DNA of 64,000 bases from Isurus oxyrinchus (lineage: Eukaryota), in assembly GCA_026770705.1 (NCBI GenBank), contig JANJGN010000041.1, positions 1,302,001-1,366,000 of the forward strand. Direction: 5' to 3'. The notes below the pieces were generated by a model that saw nothing but the letters and a program-made list of their open reading frames with translations, was not told where the DNA came from and ran no database searches. Made by a program: the position numbers and the translations under genes. The first letter of the stretch is position 1; every line of letters starts with the position of its first letter. Positions 13,271 through 24,300 of the stretch are shown in pieces.

Positions 13271-13289
13271 TCATATGATTTAAGAATCA

Positions 13290-13800
13290 TTTTCTAGTTA
13301 AGCAGTATGGAGATACTGTATCACCACATAGCAGAAAATAATCCATATTGGGGAAAACAGATATGCCCCATCCACAATCATTCGGCTTGTCTAAACCCAG
13401 CAAGTGTGGGGATGGAGGAACTGATTGAAATATACAAGAGAGGAACAAATATTATTCAGGTCGTGGAAAGCCTTAAAGATAACCTGATAAAGTATCAGAC
13501 CTGTTCTCCTATGAAATTCCCCTATTACCAGAGCATCTAACCACGATTTGAAGACAAAATCAGCAGATATACACTGCAGCAACTAATTTGATACTTACAG
13601 ACGGGTATTGAGCAAATAGATGCTTCCAGATGGTGGGAGGATTGGTAGAATTGAGGCTCAAAAGTACAGATACACCCCTGGATTCGGATTATCTCTCATT
13701 TTCTAGCCATATTTTAGCTGATATTAATTGTTTATCTAACATATTGAATATACCGCACGCGGAGGTCACAAAAAAGGTGGCGTTTGGCGTTTGAGTAGGT
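13290..13800 (+). mobile_element. Endogenous LTR-retroelement env remnant (C-terminal ectodomain, Trp-rich membrane-proximal region, TM)
   Basis: CPIHN..LNPASVGMEELIEIYKR ... IEQIDASRWWEDW*N*GSKVQIHPWIRIISHFLAIF*LILIVYLTY; homologous to 42090-43330(-); followed by a PPT and LTR. Confidence 0.75.
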
Positions 13801-13975
13801 GGAGCAGGAATGTGATAAGCCACAGGTACGGAATAAAGGACCAGATGATACAGATGGTGTGACCAGTACAATTTGAACCCCTTTAAATGCCAGTATCGAT
13901 GGGCGGTGGTATGTTAAAGAGTAGGGGGATGGACAACCCCACTGTATATGGCTGCCTTGGGCTACGCCAACGACC

Positions 13976-14656
13976 AAAAGGGGGGACTGTTAAGGTGGAA
14001 ATATAATGATACATTAGAAATATAAGGATATAGTGAAAAGTATAGGGATGCAGTAAGAATCTATTGAAAGTCTCTGGGATTACTTAAACTACCATGCATG
14101 CAAAGCCTGCAATTAACATTTAAAGATCAGGATGGATACAGGTAGACTTGAACCTTGCACACTCTCAGGCCTTGTGATTACCAGCAAAGCTATACTCGAT
14201 AAGGAAGAATGCAACTGTGATAGATTGGGTGTTCAGGGAGCCAGACTGGAGCCTTACTTTGCAAAAACAACCAAGATTGGGTTTGCTTGTAGTGATAAGA
14301 GAAGAACAGATGCTGATAGTGGAGCTAGGGGAAAGATCGCCAGGGTGAAAGTAGGGTCAGATGACGCATGTACCTTTCTACCATTTATTACCAGAGATAT
14401 GACTGTTTCATGTAAGAAATATATGTTCACAATATCGGAATTTGGAGGGTGTTCTTGTATGTGACAAATAATGTAAAAATGGTCAATTGGAGCATTGCAG
14501 AGTACTGTCTCAAGCCGTACTGGGAAGAAGCTCTCTTTGCAATTGCTCGTAAAGATAATCGTAACCTGTACCTTAGACTCCTTTGGTCCGTTCATCAAAG
14601 ATACCACATCACCCTCCATCGTGTTTTCTGGCACTCTCACCGTGTTTAATGGTACA
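13976..14656 (+). mobile_element. Polypurine tract (13976-13986) and 3' LTR (from TGT at 13988)
   Basis: aaaaggggggac|tgttaagg. The segment gcaattgctcg..atcgtaacctgtacc is shared with the second LTR at 41256-41865. The 3' end is approximate. Confidence 0.75.
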
Positions 14657-14689
14657 CATTTCGAATTGTTCTAGCCACTTAGTATGGAC

Positions 14690-17600
14690 ATCGATGAGGC
14701 GCTATCGGCTACCAGCAGCAGAATTGTACTCGAGCACAATCCATAGCCTCATGAAAGTTCATATACCACACTCCACGATTGCCGTCAAGCCAAGCGATCA
14801 ACCGTAGTTCAGTGAGGAGTGCAGGATCAGCACCAGATATACGGGTAATTAATGTGTCAACCTGGTCAACCCAGCCCTAACTGTGTGTCAAATAGCATCA
14901 TCAGCAAGCGATTGAGAGAGCTAGGCAATCCTTTGGTCATCGGATCAGTTCAAAGCTCTGCAGTGCTGCCACATGCAATCGATAATTAATATGGAAAATT
15001 TAACAAATCATTGGAGGCGGACTTTACAGCAATATCACCATCCTCAATGATTGAGAAACCCAGCGCATCAAGTGCGAAAGACAAGGCAGCGCAATGTGTT
15101 AAAATCTTCGGACAGAAGTGGCAAGTGTATGATCGAGCTTGTCCTGCTCTAGAGGTCCCAGCTACACAGATGTAGGTCTTCAGACAATTCGATTCACTTC
15201 ACTTGATATCAAGAAATAGCTAAAGGCACTGGACACTGAAAAAACTATGACCTCTGAAAATATTCTAACAATAATATTGAAGATCAAAATAACATACTGT
15301 GGATGCTGGAAAGCTGTAACAAAAGCAAAAATATCTGGAAAAACTCAGCAGGTCAGATTGCATCTGCGGAGTGGATCGCTGTTAACACTTCGAGTCCGTT
15401 TGACTCTTCATCAGAACTAAGGAAATATAGAAATGAGGTGAAATTCAAGTTGGTTGATGAGGCTGGTGCAGGTACAGCTGGATAGAGGGTCAGTGGAGGC
15501 GAAAAAGAGATGAACAAATATGTCATAGACAAAATGACAAAGGGGTATGGAGGGTGGCATTATTAGCTAAGGAATGTGCTAATCGCGACATTAAGGGTAG
15601 AAAGCAGGTTGACCAATTTACATAAAGGGGAATTGGTTGGGGACTGGCAGCAAGGAATCATAATGGATTTGAAAGCTCGAGAAAGAGCATTGAATTGAAG
15701 TAAATTAAATAATGATGGAAATAGTTGACAAAATAAAAATATATTTAAAACATTACAAATTATTGGAAAAAAGGGGATCTGAAAGGGGGTGGGGATGGAA
15801 CAGAGAGTTCGTGATCTAAAGATGATGAACTCATTTTCATTCCGGAAGGCTGTTAAGTGCCTAGTCGGAAGATGAGATCTTCTTCCTCCAGTTTGCGTTG
15901 GGCTTCACCTGAAATTTTCAACAGGCAAAGGACGGAGATGAGGCCATGACAGCAGGGTGTCGTGTTGAACTGGTAAGTGACAGGAAGGCCTGAGTCCTGC
16001 TTGCAGTCAGCCTGAATTTTTACAGCAAAGCGGACAACTAGTCTAATTTTAGTCTCTCCAATGTAGAGGTGACTGCATTGGGAGCAGCGAATGCAGTAGG
16101 CTAAATTGAGAGAAGGACAAGTGAAATGCTGCTTCACTTGAAAAGAGTGTTTGGGCCCTTGGACAGTGAGGAGGGGTGAAGTTAAGGGTCTGATGTCACA
16201 AATTCTATGGTTGCATGTGAAGGTGCCGTGGGAAGGGGTTGAGTTGTAGGCAATGATATAAGAATGGAGCAGGCTGTCCGGAGGGAATGATCCCTGTGGA
16301 ATGCCACGAGGGTGCGTGAAGTGCTGGTTTGTTTGGTGGTGTAATCATGAGCGAGTTGGCAGAAATGTAGGAGAATGATCATTTATAAGCAAAGGCTGGT
16401 GGGGTGATGAATGAGGTCATGGGAGACCCTATCATGGTCCTGGGAGGGAGAGGAAGGTGAGGGCGTATGCACGGGAGATGGACCGGACACGTTTGAGCGC
16501 CCTGTCAACCACCGTGGGTGGAAAACATCGGTAAAGAAGAAGGAAGACATATTAGAGGAACTGTGCTTGAAAGTGGCACCATCAGAACAGATGCAGCGGA
16601 GGCTAAGGAACTGACATAATGGAATGAAGTCTTAACAGGAAGTGGGGTATGAGGAGCTGTATCCGAGGTAGCTGTGGGAGTCGGTTGGCTTGTGTTGAAT
16701 GTTACTGCGCAACCCATCATTATATATTGAGACAAATAGGTCAAGTAAGGGAAGAGACGTGTCAGTGACATTTTTATTGAAGACTTGTGCTCCAGAGCCT
16801 GTCCTTCGTGTAGCCAAGCTGTTCCAATATGGTTACAATGCTGGCATCTAGCCAACTATGTGTAAAATTGTCGAGGAATGTCAAGTGCACAGACAGCAGG
16901 ATGAACCCAACCCAAGCAATTACCAACCTTTCACTTTACTCTCAAACATGAACAAAGTAATGGACGAGATTATCAACAGTGCTCTCAAGCGAAACTTGCT
17001 TAGCAATAACCTGCTCACTGGCGTCTGGTTTCGCTTGTGCCAGCTGGACGCAGCTATGACCACATTACAGCCTTGCTTCAAACATGGACAACGTGAGATG
17101 AGAGTGATTGGCTTTGGCATAAAGGCGGTATTTGGCAGGGAGCAGCAAAAAGGTGCTCCAACACAATTTGAGCCAATACCTCCGCTGGTTGGAGTCATAC
17201 CCTGTATAAAAAGGAAGTTGGCTTTTATTCTTGGAGGTCAATTATCTCAGCTCCGGGAGACCGCTGCAGGAGTTCCTCTGGTCGTGTCCTCGGCCCACCC
17301 ACCTTCAGGTTCTTCATCCATGACCGTCCTTCCATCATGAAGTCAGAAGTGGGGATGTTTGCTCATGACTCCACAATGTTTAGCGCTATTCACGCGCGAT
17401 TTTTAGATAATAAAACAGTTCATATCCAAATGGAGCGAGAGCAGGAAACTGTCTAGGCTGGGCCGGCTAGTGGTAATTAATGTTCGCACCAAAGAAGTGT
17501 CAGGTGACGATAATCTTCAAGAAGAGAGGATCACGCCATCGCCCATAGACATTCAATTACACTCTCATCCCTGAGTCCACTACTATCATAATCCTGGGGT

Positions 17601-18030
17601 TTGAAACTGCCTAGAAACTGAACTGGACCAGCCATAAAAATACAATTACTCCATGAACAAATAAGATGCTAGGCAACGATTAATTCACTTCCTAGCTCCC
17701 CAAACTCTGTCCAAAATCCACAAGAAAACAAATTAGAAGTGCAATGGAACACACTTCTCTTTCCTGAATGAGTGCAGCTCCCAGAACATTCAAAAAGATT
17801 ACCAGAATCTAGGACAATACAATACACTTGATTAGCAAAAAACAACAAACCTTCACTGCCTCCGCCACCCACAAACTGTTGTAGCTGTGTGCATCATCAA
17901 CATGGTGCAGCACAGGAATTTCACCTGGTATTCTTAGCAGCACCCTCCAAACACACGACCACTGATATGGGGAAGGGTAAGGGCAGCAGATGGATGAGGT
18001 CACCAGCATGGGTAACTTCCCCGCCAAGCC
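14690..18030 (+). mobile_element. Degraded non-LTR retrotransposon (L2/CR1 group) ORF2 and 3' end, split by a Penelope insertion
   Basis: ORF 16858-17340 NPSNYQPFTLLSNMNKVMDEII..NNLL (RT); gttcctctggtcgtgtcctcggccc resembles GVPQGSVLGP; ..MFAHDST resembles FADD. Confidence 0.8.
15284..16774 (-). mobile_element. 5'-truncated Penelope-like element (RT C-terminus, GIY-YIG endonuclease, pLTR) with 9-bp TSD
   Basis: ORF 15853-16137(-) YCIRCSQCSHLYIGETKIRL..EAQRKLEEEDLIFRLGT; RT thumb LPLLDLFVSI..HKPTDSHSYL..SSYP; tattgaaga at both 15275-15283 and 16775-16783. Confidence 0.9.
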
Positions 18031-18059
18031 CCTCATCAGCCTCGGTTGCAAATAAAGGC

Positions 18060-18212
18060 AGCACTAACGTTTTGAGTCCTTATGACTCTTCTTCACAATT
18101 ACTCCGAACGTTAATTTTGTCTTCCTTTCCACAGGCACTGTCAGACCTGCTGAGATTTTCCAGCAATTGTAGTTTTTTTTTTTCAGATTTCCAGCATCCG
18201 CAGCATTTACCT
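18060..18212. mobile_element. Solo, partly inverted Penelope pLTR fragment
   Basis: aacgttttgagtccttatgactcttc...cagacctgctgagattttccagc...ttccagcatccgcag matches the other pLTRs. Confidence 0.7.
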
Positions 18213-19357
18213 GTTAATTTGGCGTGGAAATATGTTGGCTTTCGATCAATGTATCAGGGCCAAAATCCTGAATGCCTTTTCCAATCAGCACTCTGGAGGT
18301 ACCTACACCGCATATACTTTATAGACTGGATGTTTTATTCCACCTTTAAATCCCATGTTTTTTTGTGTGTCTTAGATGTCATGTACGTGTGTGTATAGGG
18401 ATTTATAAGGAGGTAGGTTTTAGGTTGAACAGTTATAAAATGGCAGCTCATATTTCCTTCTTCTGCCACTGGTCAACGAGAACAAGATTTTTCTTTGAAG
18501 AGATTTTCATTCATGTATTATGTTCACAAACCTGGTGCTCATAGTTGGTTAACCTAAAATGAAGAGTTAGTTAGAATTGGGTAATCTAAAGATTTGGTCA
18601 TTTTTTTCACATTTGTCGCAGCTCGGTAAGAATGGGGTTTGAAATTAGAGCGCTGGTGAGTCGTGAAACTCATTCAAAATAAATCAAACATTCATGCTGA
18701 GAAAACGTAGATAGAGAAAGGAGCACACACGTTCATTGCCTGTGAAAGTGCGAATAAATAATCCTTCACATGCATGTTTTAGCCACGTCCACATTTTTAC
18801 TTGCTTCTCTGGTCGACAGCAGTAGTGGTCTATCGCCTGCTCAAACAAAGATTTGTCAAAGGTGACTTCAGGAAAAATATGAATTAAAGCATTAATCCAG
18901 GCCAAAATAATTGCGAACAACGAAAAAGGAGCAGAACCTGATGAGAAAAAACAAACATTGCAATCAACCATTAACATGGAAATATATTTGCAAGGCGTGG
19001 AATTATACAGTAAAACAAAAACTGACGCGCGGGATATTACATTCCTAACGTTGTCCAGCATGTTAATTCTAATCCTGTCAAACATACCAAAAAACTTTCT
19101 GTAAGTGTTAAGAGACGAAAGCCTCATTAATACTGTGGCCAATGGGGAGTGACGAGTCTTCGCTTAGTGTTAAAACTGATTCCATTTCGCCGACTTATCT
19201 CTCTGGAGCTCCAAGTTTAATTTCAGCATAAGTTCACGCGATTCTGCTCTCACACTAGCTAATGGTGCACAACTCTACTTAACTTTAATGAGTTAATTCA
19301 AATCAGGACTGGTACGTTCTTTTAAACTACTGCTAAAAATGAAGGCAACATCTTTAC

Positions 19358-19670
19358 CTGAACATACAACGGAAGCAGCCTCGCTAGGGTTGCAATTAGG
19401 TACTCCGATTGAATTGGATGGACACTGGGATAATTCAGACCCTATTCCATTGCAGTCGAGTTCATCCAACCGGATGGAATTCGTTGCAGCTCCAAAATGA
19501 GTATTTCCACGGGCTGATTTCGCGGGTCCGTAACCCAATTCCTTACAAGCAACCTTTGCAAAGCATGTCCCAACAATTATCACAGACTGAGCCCCAGGTG
19601 TTCTTGTAAGGTAATTCCACTCTGCCGGAACAGAAACCAATCCTATCCATCAATCGAATTTTAATCAATT
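19358..19670 (-). pseudogene. SRCR group B exon, frameshifted duplicate
   Basis: Keeps AG/GT splice sites but is 313 nt: a 2-nt deletion after WDML, and the fourth Cys changed to Tyr (ELGYG). Paralogous to 20936-21250. Confidence 0.9.
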
Positions 19671-20935
19671 CTAAAGCGAGCATGAAAACAGATGATTAAG
19701 AAAATCTTCATTGGAAAGGTACTTCACCATAAACAAAGTGAGACAACAATATCATTGTCTCCTGTGCTTTCATGTATTCTTTCTAATGTTAAAAAAAATC
19801 TTGGCCTGCACAAACCGCAATGAGTTTCAACATGACAGGGAGAAACAATTATTTCCTGCCAAGCCTGAAAGCCTAGGACTAGTTCTGTAAAGGTACCAAA
19901 TTGCAAGGAGCCTCATTTTGAATACGGAAGTTTGAAATGTGCTTTGTCTGCAGTATGTTTAAGGCCTATGGGTTTTCTTACTGTTGCCTTGGTAAAGATT
20001 TACCTGGGAGTGATTAATTAGCGGATTTGTTTAACAGTGATTAAACTCGTAATTGTAGACATGCGCACCTGTTTAATTTGTTGTTAAATTAGGAAATGTA
20101 TAATTTAGTTTGATGTAAATAATCTCTGAAAGCTTGGTGGTCTTATTCTTGAATTCAGAGCTGCATCCCTAATGTACCAGTTGAAAACATAGGTTATGAT
20201 AGTTGTTCAAAAGTCCTTCTGTGTTTAAAACATCACAGTCTTTCAGCGGACAATCCACACACAGCTGAAAATGCGGGGTGAAATTTCCCACCTCCTGCTT
20301 TCACATGACTCGTTTTCCCCATGGCTAGGTTACTGCCTCACGAGGATACATTTTCCGTGGTTACTCCCTGATAACGGTTGTTCTGTGCAATGTGAAATCA
20401 GAAATTTCCTTCGAGTGAAATGGATATCAGGCGTGCATTCATCTGCGTGTATTAGCGCGCCAAATACGATATTCAGTCCTAATGGGCCTCAGTGCTTCTG
20501 AATATTGTGTAAGTCCTTATGGGTTGATCGTACAATGTGAGGACAATATTGGCAACTCAGTACACCCTTAATATGAATTTTCATTCTTTTTTGATTCATG
20601 CCCATGCATTATTTGGAGGTTTGTGCTGACTAACCTGATCGCAAGTGCAAATGATGCATCGCAAGTCATAGGTTCATGGAATTACAGATTCATTACAGCT
20701 AATAAGTATTTTTTGTAATTTCGATCCCGTCTCGGGTCCCGGTTAGTGTTGAAACCGATCCCATTTCGCCGATTTATATCTCAGGACCTCCAGGTTTAGT
20801 TCCAGCATAAGTTCAGGCGATTCTGCTTTCATACTAGCTAATGGTGCACAATTGTACTAAACTTTAATGAGCTACTTCAAATCAGGAATTGTACGTTTGT
20901 TAAACATCAACTAAAAATAAAGGCAATATCTTTAC

Positions 20936-21250
20936 CTGAACATACAACAATGGCCGTCTCACCAGGGCTACAGTTACGTTTTCTGATTGAATTCGATTGA
21001 CACTGGGATAATTGAGACTCTGTTCCTTTGCAATTGATTTCATCCAACACGAATGAACTTGTTGCAGCTCCAAAATGAGCATTTCCAGGGGCTGCTTTCG
21101 CAGCTCCGCACCCCAGTTCCTTACACGCAACTTTTGCATCAAGCATGTCCCAACTATCATCACAGACTGATCCCCAGGTGTTGTTGTAATACACTTCCCC
21201 TCTGCCGGAACAGGAACCAATCCCACCCATCAATCGAATTTTAATAAATT
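20936..21250 (-). CDS. Intact SRCR group B domain exon (DMBT1/CD163/SSC5D-type)
   Basis: 315-nt phase 1-1 exon: IRLMGGIGSCSGRGEVYYNNTWGSVCDDSWDMLDAKVACKELGCG..HFG..LDEINCKGTESQLSQC..NCSPGETAIVVCS with 8 Cys; tttag acceptor and gtaaag donor. The rest of the gene was not identified. Confidence 0.85.
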
Positions 21251-21374
21251 CTAAAGCAATCAAGAAAATCGAAGTTTTAGAAAATCTTCGTGCGAACATT
21301 ATTTTACCAGAAACAAAGTGACACAGAAGTATTATTTTCTCATTTCTGTTTATATATTCTTTTGAATGTTAAAA

Positions 21375-24300
21375 TTTTCATTTCCCATTGAATATCGACC
21401 TAAATGGCACATCCACATCATTTCGGGCAGAAGGCAGATTTGCTAATATTCATCATGTGCAAAGATGTTGGAAAAATCCCCTGTCGGCAAACGGCCCTTT
21501 ACCACATCGTGCTGTTGCCTCCATCTTGTAGATGTTGTAACATTTGCGGAAAATAACGCATCCCAATGTTTATCCAGAGTACTTTATTAAATTAAAAAAA
21601 CATGTTATTGAATTGACAGCGGCACAAGTCAGAACAGACTTCACGATAACTGATCAGACCGACGTACTTCATATCCCACCCACGATTGAGCACCCAGGGA
21701 TAACTGATAACAACACCTTCCAGACAGGGACACAGCTCCACGTCGCCTGTACCGATCCTGCTCAATCCTGAAGTAGGCTCATGAAGGCTGGAGTGCCAAC
21801 TGAAAAATACGCAATCCGTTTTGGTGAGATCCTAACAGTCAAATTCAGTAAAGAAATAACATTTGAAGGCACGAAAATTTCCTTTACCTGCAATAAAAAG
21901 GACAATAAAAATCTTATTTCAAGAGCTACTCATTCTATCGCACTCCAGCCGTCTTTGAAGTCATTCCTGAATATGTACATTACTTATGGCATGTGCACAC
22001 TTCCCTGGAGCGCATAAAAATTCAAGCTGAAAAAAGCAGCAACCTTGCATGCAGTCTCCTTTAACGGCCAAGGTAATCATGCGTAAAAACAAAGTTTCAC
22101 CAAAAATTGCCTGGTTCTGTGAGCAAAGCATCTAATCTTTGCAGTCTGATAACTCACTCGACTTCAACTGAAGCTCACACTGCCAAAATGTGTCTGGATT
22201 TCCACCGCAACTCTCTATACTCTTCAGAATTCAGTTTGCTTGATGTTGAAATAAACTTTTCGATTTCAGCTTTGGAAGCAGCCAGAGTAATGCACTCATT
22301 TTTCCTCCCATCTAAGGGTTCTGTCCCAAGTGTGAAGCGCAGATGTCAAAAATGTCTGCTGGGTTAGAAAACCGGTCAATTTTAATCAAAACCCAAATTG
22401 TTTGGAAGTAATCAGCGGGTCTGAAAGCAACAGTAGAAGGAAAGGAATGGTTTACTTTAGGAGTCCGTGAAGCACTTCTTCATAACCTTCGTTTGTCAAC
22501 TTTATTCGAACATGTTTGCATAAGCTGCCGTACGCAGGCTATCATCACCGCATTTCTGCACTCCTCTTTAGGCAGTTAACATTCAATCCGAAATGGCCTT
22601 GTGGAAATCCTATTCAATAGTCTCGGATACACTGCATCAACACACGCTATCCAAGTGTAGCCTCTGCTCTCCTGTTCTCATCGACATCTTCTGGTCCACT
22701 CTTCTGCAACGACTGGTTTCAAGATATTTGGGATTTTTAACACTTCGATCGAGTGCCTTGTTTTATTTCTGTGCTGAAAGCTAACCATGAAACGCATAAT
22801 TTTTTTTTTCCATTTTGCACGGTGTCGCTGGTGTCCATGGATCCTGCAGCTGCACTAAGCCGTTTTCCCGGAAGCGGGACCGAGAAGGACTGAAAATGCA
22901 CAGAGCGACAGCCGCTGAGTTGGAAACATTGCTTCTGACAGGTTTGCTTACGTTGCTGAGTGGAAATGAAGAAAGAGACCTCTTCCTTTACTGCTTACAT
23001 GCAAAGCTTTCAATATGATTCACTACGTGGTTTGTGTGGATTATAGAAATAGAGCAGGGAGTGTGGCTGCAGGAGATAGGCGTCTGAAGCAGATGGATGA
23101 CTGGAATTCTTGCGAATTCTTTGTGAGACTGTGCAAGTGACAAAATGAGGGAAACGGCCGAGGAACAAGCACCTGTGCTTCTGGACAACGGGAAGGACTG
23201 ACGCTACCTAGCTATATTCAAGAAAGGAGATGCATGCCGTTCAAGACGATGGAAGTTACTTGTCTGTATTGTGCAGGCAAACTTTGTAACTATTGCTTCA
23301 AAATGGAAATATCTATGCAAAGTGTAATATCACTAGTTCCCTTGGTTAGCATCAGCCGGCCTCTGCTCTTTAGTATAGTGGTGAGACCGAGGGTCAATTC
23401 CCCGACGGAGAGACAAACCCTTGTTCGCCTTGTGCGAGTTCGATTGTGTGCTCACGCTGTTGATTGGCAAACCGGTTTTCATTTTTACATGGTGATCGAC
23501 CTAAACAGCATCTACAAAGCATTTAGGACAGAACGCAGATTTGGCAAAATACCATGAGACAATTTTCTGGACAGTTCTGGTTATCAATATCAGTGATCAA
23601 CGGCCATTTCCGCCATCAATCTGTCTTCATCCACTTTGTGAGCATCGAAACATTTACCCAAAATAGCGCATCTCCTTGTGTATCCAGGGCACTTTACTGA
23701 AAAAACAGACTTTAGAGACGGCGGCAGCAGAATTTTTCAAAGGTTTCGTAAATCGCTGAGGCCGACGTACCTGACATCCCGCCCACGATTGAGCATCCAG
23801 GGATAACTGAGGACGACGCCTTCCAGGCAGGAAGACAGCTCCATGTCGCCTGTACCCGAGGCAGCTCTAGCCTGAAGTGGGCTTGACCTGGCCAGACTGT
23901 CAACCAAAATGTACATGATGTGTTTCGATGAGCTTCAAACTGGCAAACCCCATAAAGAAATAACATTTGAAGGCAGGTGGGTTACCATTTCTGCAATAAA
24001 TATGAAAAATAAAATCTTATTTCAAGAGATACTCATTTAATCGCCCCCTCCCCTTCATTCAGGTCATGCCTGATTTTTGACTTCACTTATATTATGTGCA
24101 CACTTCCCTTGAGCACATAAAAAATCAGAGCCATAAAGCAGCAACCTTGCATGCAGTCTCCTGTAAAGAAGCGTAAAAACAAAGTTTCACCAAAAAGCAA
24201 CACATCAAATGTTTGCCACCTGGTAAAATACCCTAATTCACCTGAACTTTTGACCACCAAAATGTGCCTGGATTTTGAACGCCGCTCTATAATCTCTTCA

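Noticed and set aside
14132-14464. 110-aa ORF as an accessory gene in the LTR
   Set aside because: No matching ORF is evident in the second LTR and no motif is recognisable; likely chance, though not excluded.
18377-20265. Solo-LTR-like segments at ~18377-18668 and ~19865-20265
   Set aside because: The composition is suggestive, but no clean TG...CA ends, TSD or second copy was found.
21661-21755. Sushi/CCP-like IPPTIEHPG...FQ.G.QLHVAC on the plus strand
   Set aside because: Lacks the first Cys and the W..P.C end; no supporting splice sites.
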